NCBI GenBank assembly: GCA_045047115.1
Contig: JASFYR010000014.1
Location: 32,001 to 96,000, forward strand
From: Sulfurospirillum sp.
GTDB taxonomy: Bacteria; Campylobacterota; Campylobacteria; Campylobacterales; Sulfurospirillaceae
Reading direction: 5' to 3'
Length of the DNA stretch: 64,000 bases
Shown here: piece by piece, positions 20,925 to 30,916 of the stretch
Layout of the letters: each line of letters begins with the position of its first letter
How positions within the stretch are numbered: position 1 is the stretch's first letter
Position numbers and translations under genes: made by a program
Notes under the pieces: generated by a model
Databases searched by the model: none
Seen by the model: the letters and a program-made list of their open reading frames with translations, nothing else
What the model was told of the DNA's origin: nothing

Positions 20925-21320
20925 TTATTTTATTATGTGCCAAACACCCTTTTTCCCATTGCCATTTGTATCACTTGGTTTTGTATCTTTGAAGAAGTAA
21001 TACAAGGGTTTGGATCTGTAAGTAGTTTGCATCATGCCATTTTTCCTTGTGATTACTCCAAAATTTGATTTTGATACATCACTTGGCAGTTTTATTTTAT
21101 CTAAATTACCATAAAATACAGGCCATTTTTTTTCACATCCATTGTAGCAGTTTGATTTGTTTGGCATATCTTTGTCAAATGTATATAGAGTCATGCCTCT
21201 ACTGTCACTTAAATGTGAAACCATTGGAGAATTTGTTTCTAAATTACTGTTGTATGTGGAGCAACCTGCAAAAAGCAGTGTGGTAGCCATGGCTGTTGTT
21301 AATAATAGTTTTGTTTTCAT
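20925..21320 (-). CDS. Lipoprotein of COG4315 / Lipoprotein_15 repeat family
   Basis: Lipobox LFAGC, repeats LYTFDKD and LYYFFKD, CxxxC...WP. Confidence 0.85.
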   Translation of the reverse strand: MKTKLLLTTAMATTLLFAGCSTYNSNLETNSPMVSHLSDSRGMTLYTFDKDMPNKSNCYNGCEKKWPVFYGNLDKIKLPSDVSKSNFGVITRKNGMMQTTYRSKPLYYFFKDTKPSDTNGNGKKGVWHIIK

Positions 21321-21457
21321 ATTTTTTCCTTAAAATTTACAGACGACTTGCTAATTGTCTGCTTGTAAAGAATTATAGTGGTTGTTTATGGAGATTTGAT
21401 GAAGATAGAATATATTTATCATTTATCGGTATAATTCCTATAAAAAAGGATAGATAT

Positions 21458-21925
21458 ATGTTAGAGATAGATCAAAAAGCACCAGAGTTTTGTTTACCAA
21501 ATCAGGATGAGGTGGAGATATGCTTGAGGGATTTAAAAGGAAAGTGGATAGTTTTGTATTTTTACCCCAAAGACAATACTCCCGGATGCACAACTGAAGC
21601 TTGTGAATTTACAGAGGCACTGCCTGATTTTGAAGGATTGGATGCTGTGATATTGGGAGTCAGTCCGGATAATCCTAAAAAACACAGAAATTTTATAGAA
21701 AAAAAAGATTTACAAATCACGCTTTTAGCAGATGTTGATAAAGAAGTTTTGGAAAACTATGGTGTTTGGCAACTAAAAAAGATGTACGGTAGAGAGTACA
21801 TGGGTGTAGTCCGCTCCACTTTTATAATCTCCCCGGATGGTAAAATCAAAGCGATATGGAATAAGGTAAAAGTCAAAGGACATGTAGAAACTGTAAAAGA
21901 GAAACTAAAAGATTTACAAGCTTAA
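21458..21925 (+). CDS. bcp: Thioredoxin-dependent peroxiredoxin BCP
   Basis: YFYPKDNTPGCTTEAC. ATG at 21458 follows AAGGA. Confidence 0.95.
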   Translation: MLEIDQKAPEFCLPNQDEVEICLRDLKGKWIVLYFYPKDNTPGCTTEACEFTEALPDFEGLDAVILGVSPDNPKKHRNFIEKKDLQITLLADVDKEVLENYGVWQLKKMYGREYMGVVRSTFIISPDGKIKAIWNKVKVKGHVETVKEKLKDLQA

Positions 21926-22120
21926 AAGCAATAGGGGCAGAAATTTTGTAAAACAGTCTGTCTCTTCTAATTCTCATTCAATACTCCTGTAAATTATTTA
22001 CATCGAGTATATTTAAATTTAGAAAATATCTATTTCTTAAATTATTCTTACATGTCGTTTGAGTTCGGACACTCGTGCTGTTTCAAATCGATAGTTGGGG
22101 GTTGACCAGTTTTATGTTTT

Positions 22121-22174
22121 AAGGTGGTGCACTTTTTCTCTGCATTTTGGTACATTTCTGGGTTGCACTTGACA
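22121..22174. mobile_element. IS21-family terminal repeat (remnant)
   Basis: Reverse complement TGTCAAGTGCAACCCAGAAATGTACCA-AAA-TGCAGAGAAAAAGTGCACCA: TG terminus followed by two related direct repeats, as in IS21 ends. Confidence 0.65.
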
Positions 22175-22474
22175 CAGATATACGTAAAGTTATCTATGCA
22201 ACTAATATTATAGAATCTGTACATAAACAATTTAGAAAATTGACTAAAACCAAAGGAGCATTTCCAAATGAAAATAGTTTGTTAAATTACTCTATATGGG
22301 CATCCAAAATGCTCAAAAAAAGTGGAATATACCTGTTTGGAATTGGAGTCCTACCCTCTCTCAATTGGCTATATTTTTCGAGGGTAGACTGGATAGTGAG
22401 CTTAAAATTTAAGCTTTGGTGTGATAGGATTACTCCTATCAGAATTTATGTGACACGGAATTTTAAACGCTCTC
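22175..22474 (+). pseudogene. IS256-family transposase C-terminal fragment (frameshifted) with right inverted repeat
   Basis: DIRKVIYATNIIESVHKQFRKLTKTKGAFP, then in a shifted frame LLYMGIQNAQKKW...QLAIFFEGRL*. End motif GACACGGAATTTTAAACGCTCTC at 22452-22474. Confidence 0.88.
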
Positions 22475-22495
22475 CGATAGTGTGAGTTGTTAACT

Positions 22496-23164
22496 TTAGT
22501 TTGCTCTAAGATGAGGGTCAAAAACATTTTGATTGTCTTGTTCTATTATGGCATTTCTAAAATCTATGCAACTTTTAAAAGACCAAAAACTATAATTTTC
22601 ACTTTCAATTCTTTCATTATAAAATTTTTTAGTAGACTCATTTTTACTATTAACGCCATTTAGTATATTATTTCTTATAATGTTAATATAATCATTTTGA
22701 ATAATTACTTTAAATTCTTGTTTTATTTCACTCTGTACTAAATAAGAAATTAGTATTAATATATAAAAATAAAGTCCTGGCATACTCTGGTTATTTCCAA
22801 TGTATAACCCAAAACAAATAAATACAAAAACAAACGTATTAAGCCTTACAATAGTTTCTATTCCTCTTTCATTATTTAAAAAAGGTAACTTTTTTTCAAG
22901 TATCATTGACATAATCTTTTGTCTTTCTTTTTCTCTTAAGTAAGAATATATTAAATAGATTACTCCAAAAGCAATATAAAAAAACAATAACTGTTTATAA
23001 TCCCAAATTGGAATAAATAAATAAACAGATGATAGTCCTATAAACAACAATAGTATCAAAGACACAATTTGACTTTCACGTATTTCATCAATTAATTCTG
23101 TTCTTTGAGATTCTAATAACTTATCAACAAATTGATCTGTTTTATGTTTAGTATCTTCATTCAA
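22496..23164 (-). CDS. Hypothetical AT-rich membrane protein (about 4 TM)
   Basis: 222-aa ORF, TTG start with GGAG SD, hydrophobic stretches. Confidence 0.65.
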   Translation of the reverse strand: MNEDTKHKTDQFVDKLLESQRTELIDEIRESQIVSLILLLFIGLSSVYLFIPIWDYKQLLFFYIAFGVIYLIYSYLREKERQKIMSMILEKKLPFLNNERGIETIVRLNTFVFVFICFGLYIGNNQSMPGLYFYILILISYLVQSEIKQEFKVIIQNDYINIIRNNILNGVNSKNESTKKFYNERIESENYSFWSFKSCIDFRNAIIEQDNQNVFDPHLRAN

Positions 23165-23297
23165 TTTTAAATCTCCGTATAATTTTATTTTTAATTTTAT
23201 TTTTAAAATTCATACTTGCACTAGGTTTATCTCGTGCGATATATTCTAAAATATGTTTTAATTGTCTTGAAAATGTTGGCTTATGTATAATTTTCAT
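23157..23297 (-). pseudogene. Truncated RelE/ParE-family toxin
   Basis: Manually translated as MKIIHKPTFSRQLKHILEYIARDKPSASMNFKNKIKNKIIRRFKIE*. ATGA overlap with the upstream antitoxin. About half the normal length. Confidence 0.7.
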
Positions 23298-23539
23298 TTT
23301 TGCAATGATTGTGTAAAGTTATCTATATCTTCCCAAAAATCTTCATTATTAATCATTTTAACTTTTCCATTGTCAATATCATCAATATCTTGTTGAAGCT
23401 GTTGTTTTCTTTCATAAAAGTATGGGTCATATTCTAAGTTCTTGTCTTTTTTTAGCTGTACTTTATCCTTGTAATGGTCAATTATCGTTAAAAAATCTTG
23501 TACAAAATTATCCTGAACATTTACTGTTAATGTTTGCAT
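23294..23539 (-). CDS. Putative type II antitoxin
   Basis: Small acidic protein (MQTLTVNVQD...EDFWEDID), GAGGGAG SD, coupled to a ParE-like ORF. Confidence 0.7.
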   Translation of the reverse strand: MQTLTVNVQDNFVQDFLTIIDHYKDKVQLKKDKNLEYDPYFYERKQQLQQDIDDIDNGKVKMINNEDFWEDIDNFTQSLQK

Positions 23540-23619
23540 AATAAACTCCCTCACACATTTACTTTTTATATTATAGCAAAACTTAAAATAATAAGTATTT
23601 AAGTTTTGCTAATAATTTT

Positions 23620-24002
23620 TTATTTTGCATTCTCACGCATTTTTTTCAATAATGCTCCTGCAATAAGCTGATTTTGAGGTACACCATTGATTTCAAATGC
23701 TTGATATTTAAAAGATGTTCCGCCATTAATTAATGTTTTCATTGTAAAGCCACTAGCAATTGTCAGAAATACTGTCAAAGCAACATTTGCCCATTTAAAA
23801 TCTTGTTTTCCAATTAGTAAATCTTTTCTTGCATTTTTACCTGCAATAATTCCGATAATAAGTCCAAATAATGGAAATGCTCCAATTATCGCATAAATAA
23901 TACCTTTTTTTAAACTTTTCCATAACCAACATAATAATATGGTGCAAAAAAGAAACCTAACCAACTCCAACTTTTTTTCTCTTCGATTTGATTTTCTGAG
24001 AT
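23620..24002 (-). pseudogene. Frameshifted small membrane protein
   Basis: Strong SD (AAGGAGG) precedes ATC at 24002. This frame reads SENQIEEKKSWSWLGFFFAPYYY and stops, while the sensible C-terminus continues in another frame. Confidence 0.55.
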
Positions 24003-24106
24003 GAAAATCCTCCTTATGATTTTTTTAGACTAATAAATTAGCCATATTTAAAACCACTTAGAAGTTATGATTTTATATACAACGGTCGCGCCCGCATAGC
24101 GGGTAC

Positions 24107-24164
24107 GAACAACGGTCGACTTCACCAACAGGCTTACCTGTTCGATGCTAGGTTTTTGTTATGA
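24107..24164 (-). other. attC-like integron cassette recombination site (degenerate)
   Basis: Minus strand TCATAAC-AAAAA-CCTAGCATCG-AACAGG-TAAG-CCTGTT-GGTGAAG-TCGACC-GTTGTTC: 58 bp, AAC...GTT ends, imperfect palindrome. Confidence 0.45.
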
Positions 24165-24190
24165 GACTTATTGTCCATGGACTCTTTGCC
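24165..24190 (+). promoter_or_regulatory. Tandem C-boxes (R-M controller operator)
   Basis: GACT-TAT-TGTC-CATG-GACT-CTT-TGCC follows the GACT-N3-AGTC-N4-GACT-N3-AGTC spacing with 3 mismatches, 22 bp upstream of an XRE gene. Confidence 0.65.
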
Positions 24191-24212
24191 ATAATTATTA
24201 TACAATTATTTT

Positions 24213-24434
24213 ATGAAAAATAAAGAACAAAAACTAATTTTACTAGGTAGTAAAGTTAAACTATTTAGGCAAGAAATAGGTCTTTCTCAAGAAAAACTAG
24301 CTGAAATATGTGAATTTGATAGAATATATTTTAGCTTAATTGAACGAGGACAAAAGAATATATCTTTTATAAATCTTTTAAAGCTTGCTAAAGGTTTAAA
24401 TATTACTCCTTCTGAATTGATTGAGGATTTTTAA
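24213..24434 (+). CDS. XRE-family HTH protein, R-M controller (C protein)-like
   Basis: 73 aa, LSQEKLAE...DRIYFSLIERGQKNIS..NLLKLAKGL. No SD upstream. Confidence 0.8.
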   Translation: MKNKEQKLILLGSKVKLFRQEIGLSQEKLAEICEFDRIYFSLIERGQKNISFINLLKLAKGLNITPSELIEDF

Positions 24435-24435
24435 T

Positions 24436-24528
24436 ATGACAATTCAAGAAGCAATAAATAATTTTAAAAACCTTATTAATGGGGCTATTTTATATTATCT
24501 GCATTATCGGACAAAATGTCTTTTTTGA
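24436..24528 (+). pseudogene. Truncated 5' end of the gene downstream of the C gene (possibly a restriction endonuclease)
   Basis: GAGG SD inside the C-gene end, ATG 1 bp after its stop, only 30 codons (MTIQEAINNFKNLING...). Confidence 0.4.
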
Positions 24529-24535
24529 TTCTTAC

Positions 24536-25438
24536 TTAATTTTTTCGTTTTTTGGTAGATATGCTGAGCCATAAACCAAAGCCTATGCAAAAAGCTCCTA
24601 CTATATGATAGAGATGTATGCTCTCATTTAGAAAGATGACTGCCATAAAAGCACCAAAAAGGGGCATTAAATGGATGTATTGTCCACCTAGTGATGCTCC
24701 TAGTTTGTGCATACCGTGATTCCATGCTATATATGATATGATAGAGGGAAATATTGCTATATATATGATGGCCATCACCATCTCTTGATTCCATATGATA
24801 TTTGATTCACCGAATGGATCAAACAGAAAAACAGGGTACAAAACAAGAGTTCCTATCATCATCATAATTCCCAAAAATGCCAAAGGTTTTAACTCTATCG
24901 GTCTTAGGTGTTTGAGCAGAATGGAGTACATAGCCCAATCAAGCGCAGCTAACAACATCCATAAGTCTCCCTTATTTACATGTAGAGCTAAAATCGTCTC
25001 TATATTTAGTTTTGAGATGATGGCAAGCACACCGCCAAGAGAGATAAAAACCCCTGCTATCTGTTTGTTTGAGATTTTTTCACTAAAAAACAGAGCTGAG
25101 ATTATGAGTATAAAAATAGGGATAAACGAGTTTAAAAGTATGGCATTTGTGGCGGTTGTATATTGGAGGCTTATGTATGCAAGTGAGTTGAAAGTGCTGA
25201 TACTCAATATCGCAAGCAGTGTGATGCGCCAAAAGTATCTTTTGATTATATCTCTTTGCTCCCAAATCGATTTTATAGCAAAAGGAGTGATGATTAAAGT
25301 AGCGTAAAACCACCTCCAAAAAGAGAGTCCCAAAGGTGCGTGTTGATTGGATACCGCCCTGCCGACTATAAAATTTCCAGCCCAAAAAAGGGGTGGTAGA
25401 ATCATGATGATGTAAGGTAGATAGTTTTTCGTTTTCAT
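24536..25438 (-). CDS. DMT/EamA family transporter
   Basis: About 10 TM helices, FWAGNF, GDLWMLLA, P.FG...A..FL.E motifs. Confidence 0.9.
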   Translation of the reverse strand: MKTKNYLPYIIMILPPLFWAGNFIVGRAVSNQHAPLGLSFWRWFYATLIITPFAIKSIWEQRDIIKRYFWRITLLAILSISTFNSLAYISLQYTTATNAILLNSFIPIFILIISALFFSEKISNKQIAGVFISLGGVLAIISKLNIETILALHVNKGDLWMLLAALDWAMYSILLKHLRPIELKPLAFLGIMMMIGTLVLYPVFLFDPFGESNIIWNQEMVMAIIYIAIFPSIISYIAWNHGMHKLGASLGGQYIHLMPLFGAFMAVIFLNESIHLYHIVGAFCIGFGLWLSISTKKRKN

Positions 25439-25508
25439 TATTTTCTTATTGTAGCTAAGTTTAGCTAATTTTGATATAATCGAAAAAATGTTAATAGGAA
25501 TATAAAAA

Positions 25509-26597
25509 TTGTTAGTTCATATATGTTGTTCGGTTGATAGTCACTTTTTTCTACAAAAACTCTCCAAACTCTACCCGGAAAAAGAGTTGATAGGCTACTT
25601 TTATGACCCAAATATCCATCCCTACAGTGAATACAAACTTCGACTTTTGGATGTGCAAAGAAGTTGTGATAAGCTGGGTGTAAAACTGATAGAAGGCGAG
25701 TATGACTATGAGGGTTGGATTGATGCTGTAAAAGGCTTGGAAGATGAGCCTGAAAAAGGCAAAAGATGTAGTGTTTGTTTTGACAATAGGTTGGTGAATA
25801 CAGCGATAAAAGCACTAAAAATAGGTGAAACAGAGATAACGACTACACTACTAACAAGCCCAAAAAAATCGATAGAACAATTAAGAAAAAATGCTAAAGA
25901 GATAGAAGAGAAATATAGTGTAAAAGTGTTTACACCAGACTTTAGAAAAGGAGGTGGTACGAGTGAGCAGTTTGCGTTAGCAAAAAAAGATATGCTTTAT
26001 CATCAAAACTACTGTGGGTGTCTTTTTGCATTGAGTGCCCAAAGAGAGTCTCAAAACAGACTCAAGGATGAACTGATGTCACCAATTACCAGGCAGATAC
26101 TGCCCTCAAGCATAGAGGAGCGAATTGAGCTCTATGTCGAGGTAGACAGATGTGAAAAACATAATGCAAAATTTATGCTTAAAAGAGAAAAATTTTTAAA
26201 TTTTAGACTTTTAAGAGCATTTGTAAAAGAGGCCAAGGGAGAGGTTATACCCAGTTATTTTTTATTTTATTCAAAACTACAAAGAGTTTTTGCAAAAGGA
26301 AAAATAACTCATATCAAGGATGGTATAGGCTATTTTAGCAGAGAAGAGATACTCTTTTTATCCCTTGAAAAGTTTAATGATATAGCAAAAACCAAGTACA
26401 AAAACATAAATGATATGATAAAAAAATCTCTACATGTAGAGGATGAGCTGAAAGTCAGAACAGCTCTCTCCAGCACGATTTTACCAACACTGTCACCCAT
26501 AGTAATTTTAGATGATATCAAAACCCAAAAATATGAAATTTATCTAAATGCAATTATATATGAAGATGTTAGGGAAAATTTAGTAAAAATTGGATAA
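25509..26597 (+). CDS. queH: Epoxyqueuosine reductase QueH (DUF208) with C-terminal extension
   Basis: LVHICCSVD, PNIHP, RCSVCF, QNYCGC. Confidence 0.88.
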   Translation: MLVHICCSVDSHFFLQKLSKLYPEKELIGYFYDPNIHPYSEYKLRLLDVQRSCDKLGVKLIEGEYDYEGWIDAVKGLEDEPEKGKRCSVCFDNRLVNTAIKALKIGETEITTTLLTSPKKSIEQLRKNAKEIEEKYSVKVFTPDFRKGGGTSEQFALAKKDMLYHQNYCGCLFALSAQRESQNRLKDELMSPITRQILPSSIEERIELYVEVDRCEKHNAKFMLKREKFLNFRLLRAFVKEAKGEVIPSYFLFYSKLQRVFAKGKITHIKDGIGYFSREEILFLSLEKFNDIAKTKYKNINDMIKKSLHVEDELKVRTALSSTILPTLSPIVILDDIKTQKYEIYLNAIIYEDVRENLVKIG

Positions 26598-26626
26598 AAT
26601 AGTTAAATTTTATTAAAGGCAAAAAA

Positions 26627-27076
26627 TTGATAATAGATGTAGTAGAAATTCAAAAAATATTACCCCACAGACCCCCGTTTTTGTTAATTGATAGAGTGAT
26701 TGGGCTCGAAGCCGGTAAATCAATAGAAGGCTATAAAAATGTAACTATTCAGGAGCCTGTCTTTGGCGGACATTTTCCTGGACATCCTATATATCCCGGA
26801 GTTATGATTATAGAAGGCATGGCACAAGCAGGTGGTATATTGGCTTTTAAGAGCATGGATGAAGAGGGGCAGGAGGATACAAAAGAGAAAGTTGTTTACT
26901 TTATGAGTATAGACAAAGCAAAATTTCGCTCTCCTGTCAGGCCTGGGGATAAGCTTGTCTATAGACTAAGTGTTGTTAAGCACAGAGGTGCTATCTGGGT
27001 GCTTGAAGGTAAAGCTTTCGTGGATGACAAGCTGGTAGCAGAGGCTGAGTTAAAAGCTATGATAGTCGATAAATAG
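26627..27076 (+). CDS. fabZ: 3-hydroxyacyl-ACP dehydratase
   Basis: [23 protein letters not shown]. Confidence 0.97.
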   Translation: MIIDVVEIQKILPHRPPFLLIDRVIGLEAGKSIEGYKNVTIQEPVFGGHFPGHPIYPGVMIIEGMAQAGGILAFKSMDEEGQEDTKEKVVYFMSIDKAKFRSPVRPGDKLVYRLSVVKHRGAIWVLEGKAFVDDKLVAEAELKAMIVDK

Positions 27077-27086
27077 AGTAAAAATT

Positions 27087-27872
27087 ATGTCAGATATTCA
27101 TCCAAGCGCTGTTGTGGAAGATGGCGCAAAGATAGGAGCCAATGTAAAAATCGGTGCTTTTGCATTTGTCTCTTCCAGAGCTGTACTTAAAGACAGTGTC
27201 GAGATTATGCAAGGAGCCGGAGTATATGGAGATACGCTCATAGATGAAGGCAGCAAGATATATCCTTATGCGATAATCGGTATGCCACCACAAGATATAG
27301 GGCATAAAGCTGAAGATGATGTGAAAGTTTCTATCGGCAAGAGAAATATTTTGAGAGAGTTTGTAACTGTAAATGCCGGTACAAATCATGGCGGTGGAGT
27401 TACCAGGATAGGCGATGATTGCTTTATTATGATATATTCACATATCGCTCATGACTGTCAAGTTGGAGACCATGTTATTATGGCAAATAATGCAACCCTG
27501 GCTGGGCATGCAGAGGTAGGAAGCTATACAGTAATTGGTGGCATGACTCCGATTCACCAATTTGTTAAGATTGGAGAAGGCTGTATGATAGGTGGTGCAA
27601 GTGCGATAAGTCAGGATATACCGCCTTTTTGCCTGGCTGAGGGAAATAGAGCTGTTGTGAAAGGCTTAAATGCTGTTGGCATAAAAAGAAGATTTAAAAA
27701 AGAGGATATAAGGGCACTTCAGAGTGCTTATAGAAAACTATTTAGGTCAGGTTTACCTATCAAAGATGTTGCACTTGAGCTGATAGAAAATGAAAAAAAT
27801 AAAAAAGTAAAACAGATGTGTGACTTTATATTGGAGACAAAAAGAGGCATACCTTATGAGAGGAAAAGATAA
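27087..27872 (+). CDS. lpxA: UDP-N-acetylglucosamine O-acyltransferase
   Basis: Hexapeptide repeats, HIAHDC, LAGH, IHQF. Confidence 0.96.
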   Translation: MSDIHPSAVVEDGAKIGANVKIGAFAFVSSRAVLKDSVEIMQGAGVYGDTLIDEGSKIYPYAIIGMPPQDIGHKAEDDVKVSIGKRNILREFVTVNAGTNHGGGVTRIGDDCFIMIYSHIAHDCQVGDHVIMANNATLAGHAEVGSYTVIGGMTPIHQFVKIGEGCMIGGASAISQDIPPFCLAEGNRAVVKGLNAVGIKRRFKKEDIRALQSAYRKLFRSGLPIKDVALELIENEKNKKVKQMCDFILETKRGIPYERKR

Positions 27873-27873
27873 A

Positions 27874-29097
27874 ATGACAAATAGAGAGTGTAGTTTTTGC
27901 GGTACTAAAGAGAGTAGTGACACAAGATTGATAGCAGGTGAAAATGTATATATCTGTGAGCATTGTGTTATCTCTGCTTACAAGATATTTTTTGGGGATG
28001 AAGAAGAGAGCAGTGAAGAGAAAAAACTAGATTATAATATGTTGGTTCCAAAAGAGCTGACTGCGGCATTGGATCAGTTTGTAGTTGGTCAAAATAGAGC
28101 CAAAAAAATCTTTTCAGTTGGTGTATATAATCACTACAAAAGGATATTTAAAAATTCCAGTGTTGAGGATGATACGGAAATTTCAAAGTCAAATATATTG
28201 CTTATCGGACCAACAGGCAGTGGTAAGACCCTGATGGCCCAAACTTTATCAAAGTTCTTAGATGTTCCTTTGGCCATCACAGATGCTACAAGTTTGACTG
28301 AGGCTGGTTATGTTGGTGAAGATGTTGAAAATATTTTGACAAAACTTCTTCAGGCTGCCGAGGGAGATGTAAAAAGAGCCGAACAGGGCATAGTTTTTAT
28401 AGATGAGATAGATAAAATAGCAAGAATGAGCGAAAATCGTTCAATTACAAGAGATGTAAGTGGCGAAGGTGTTCAACAGGCGCTTTTGAAACTTATAGAG
28501 GGTAGCATCGTAAACATCCCGCCAAAAGGCGGTAGGAAACATCCAAATCAAGAGTTTATCCAAATAGATACTTCGGGTATATTATTTGTTTGTGGTGGTG
28601 CATTTGATGGACTAGAGGGTATAATCAAAAGAAGAATTGGCAATAATGTTCTTGGCTTTGGCCAGGAGAAGAGAGCTAAGAGCGAGGATTGGAAGCTTTT
28701 GGATTTAGTCGAGCCTGATGATTTGGTTCATTTTGGTCTTATACCTGAACTAGTAGGTCGTTTGCATGTGCTTGCAACACTTAATGAAATAACACAAGAA
28801 GATATGGTTAAGATTTTGACAGAGCCCAAAAATGCTATATTTAAACAGTATAGAAAACTATTTGCAATAGACGGTGCAGAGTTGACATTTGAAAAAGAGG
28901 CCTTGGAAGAGGTGGCAAGTTTGGCGATAAAAAGAAAAACCGGAGCAAGAGGTTTAAGGGCTATCATGGAGGAAATTATGATAGATGTCATGTATGAACT
29001 CCCTGAGCTTAGTGGTTATGAGGTGGTGATTACCAAAGATGTTGTTGTTGATGGCGTAAAACCGTTATATATCAAAAAAGAGAAAAAAAGCGCATAG
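27874..29097 (+). CDS. clpX: Clp protease ATP-binding subunit
   Basis: CSFC zinc finger, [24 protein letters not shown]. Confidence 0.97.
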   Translation: MTNRECSFCGTKESSDTRLIAGENVYICEHCVISAYKIFFGDEEESSEEKKLDYNMLVPKELTAALDQFVVGQNRAKKIFSVGVYNHYKRIFKNSSVEDDTEISKSNILLIGPTGSGKTLMAQTLSKFLDVPLAITDATSLTEAGYVGEDVENILTKLLQAAEGDVKRAEQGIVFIDEIDKIARMSENRSITRDVSGEGVQQALLKLIEGSIVNIPPKGGRKHPNQEFIQIDTSGILFVCGGAFDGLEGIIKRRIGNNVLGFGQEKRAKSEDWKLLDLVEPDDLVHFGLIPELVGRLHVLATLNEITQEDMVKILTEPKNAIFKQYRKLFAIDGAELTFEKEALEEVASLAIKRKTGARGLRAIMEEIMIDVMYELPELSGYEVVITKDVVVDGVKPLYIKKEKKSA

Positions 29098-29130
29098 TGA
29101 GACCACAAAATGAAATTTAAAGGTAAATGA

Positions 29131-30165
29131 ATGATATTAGATCAGATTATAGGATTCTTTTCGAGTGATATGAGTATCGACTTGGGTACAGCAAATACTT
29201 TGGTCCTTGTCAAAGGCAAAGGTATTATTATAAATGAGCCCTCAGTTGTGGCTATTCAGAGGGATAAAACGGGTAAGCAAAGAATTCTTGCAGTCGGAAC
29301 AGAAGCAAAAAATATGCTTGGTAAAACTCCGGGTAGTATAGAGGCTATCAGGCCAATGAAAGATGGTGTGATAGCTGATTTTGATATGACAGAAAAAATG
29401 ATAAGGTATTTTATAGAAAAAGCTCATAAAAGAAAGAGTTTTTTAAGACCCCGTATCATCATCTGCGTGCCCTATGGTCTTACGCAGGTTGAGAGAAAAG
29501 CTGTAAGAGAATCTGCCATGAGTGCAGGAGCTAGAGAAGTATTTTTGATAGAAGAACCTATGGCAGCAGCTATTGGTGCTGATTTACCAGTAAGAGAACC
29601 CAAGGGTAGTTTGGTTATAGATATAGGAGGCGGTACGACTGAAATAGGCGTAGTATCGCTAGGTGGATTAGTGATAAGCAAGTCGATTAGAACTGCCGGA
29701 GACAAGATAGATATGGCGATAGTTGATTATGTCAAGAAAAAGTATAATCTTCTTATCGGCGAGAGAACCGGAGAAGAGATCAAGATAGAGATCGGTGCAG
29801 CTATCGCTTTAGAGGAGCCTCTTAGTGCGATAGTAAAAGGAAGGGATCAAGTCAGTGGACTTTTGAGCAGGATTGAGCTATCGAGTGAAGATGTGAGAGA
29901 TGCAACAAAAGAGCCTATCAAAGAGATAGCAGATGCACTTAAGGATGTTTTGGAGATTATGCCTCCGGACCTTGCTGGAGATATTGTGGAAAATGGCATA
30001 GTTTTGACAGGCGGTGGAGCGCTGATCAGAGGATTTGACAAGTATCTCTCAGATCTTGTAAAACTGCCGGTATTTGTTGCAGATGAGCCCCTCTTGGCTG
30101 TTGCAAAGGGGACAGGTCGAGCTTTGGAAGAGATAGAATTGCTTCAGCATTTGGCAAATGAATAG
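29131..30165 (+). CDS. mreB: Rod shape-determining protein MreB
   Basis: DLGTANT, DIGGGTT, LTGGGA. Confidence 0.97.
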   Translation: MILDQIIGFFSSDMSIDLGTANTLVLVKGKGIIINEPSVVAIQRDKTGKQRILAVGTEAKNMLGKTPGSIEAIRPMKDGVIADFDMTEKMIRYFIEKAHKRKSFLRPRIIICVPYGLTQVERKAVRESAMSAGAREVFLIEEPMAAAIGADLPVREPKGSLVIDIGGGTTEIGVVSLGGLVISKSIRTAGDKIDMAIVDYVKKKYNLLIGERTGEEIKIEIGAAIALEEPLSAIVKGRDQVSGLLSRIELSSEDVRDATKEPIKEIADALKDVLEIMPPDLAGDIVENGIVLTGGGALIRGFDKYLSDLVKLPVFVADEPLLAVAKGTGRALEEIELLQHLANE

Positions 30166-30904
30166 ATTAAAGCTCCTATTTTTTTTAGCTTTATTGATAT
30201 TTATTTCAGTAAAATTTACTGATGTTGGCAGAGGTTATGTTGTCGGTTTTAGCAACTATATACTTATTGGTTATCTAAACACAAAAGAGTACATAAATAG
30301 CAAAATTGGTGAGCACTTTGCTCAGCAAAAAACTATAATTAAACTGAAAAAAGAGGTAAAAGAGTTGGAGAAATCAGCTCTTTTGTCTATAGCATTTGCC
30401 GGAAAACTAAATGATATACTAAGAGACAACAATCTCTCTGCCTATAAACCGAATGTAGAGAGGGTAAGGGCTATCTCTTACTCAAATCTAAATGACTACA
30501 ACAGAGTTTGGTTGGATTTTAAAGACTTTAATAAGAGTAAGATATATGGATTATTGTATCAAGGATATGCCGCAGGAATTGTAGTAGAAAAAAATTCTCA
30601 CCCTTTGGCTTTGCTCTTGGGTGATCCAAATTCCATCTTTTCAGTTTATATAGGAAAAGAGAAGATACCAGGAGTCCTGCAGGGTGATAAAAAAGATATA
30701 CTTGTTAGGTATATTCCTCTTTGGATGAGCCCTAAAGTTGGAGATGATGTTGTAACAAGTGGATTGGATAATATATTTTTTCAAGGTGTAAGAGTTGGAA
30801 AAGTTCTGGAAGTAAGAGAAGAGGAGTCTTCAAAAACTGCGGTTGTACAACCCTATGTTAATCTAAAAGTTCCAACATACTTACATGTAATAACAAAAAA
30901 TTAG
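30158..30904 (+). CDS. mreC: Rod shape-determining protein MreC
   Basis: TM helix plus coiled coil, [10 protein letters not shown], downstream of mreB. Confidence 0.9.
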   Translation: MNRLKLLFFLALLIFISVKFTDVGRGYVVGFSNYILIGYLNTKEYINSKIGEHFAQQKTIIKLKKEVKELEKSALLSIAFAGKLNDILRDNNLSAYKPNVERVRAISYSNLNDYNRVWLDFKDFNKSKIYGLLYQGYAAGIVVEKNSHPLALLLGDPNSIFSVYIGKEKIPGVLQGDKKDILVRYIPLWMSPKVGDDVVTSGLDNIFFQGVRVGKVLEVREEESSKTAVVQPYVNLKVPTYLHVITKN

Positions 30905-30916
30905 GAGATATTTTAA

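Noticed and set aside
21296..21457. N-terminal extension of BCP in the ORF track
   Set aside because: It spans the divergent promoter. The true start is the ATG at 21458, which has an SD and -10 box.
22048..22230. 60-aa minus-strand ORF
   Set aside because: It crosses the IS256/IS21 junction and is most likely spurious.
25509..26597. Long QueH as a novel fusion
   Set aside because: As I recall, the C-terminal extension is typical of Campylobacterota QueH homologs.
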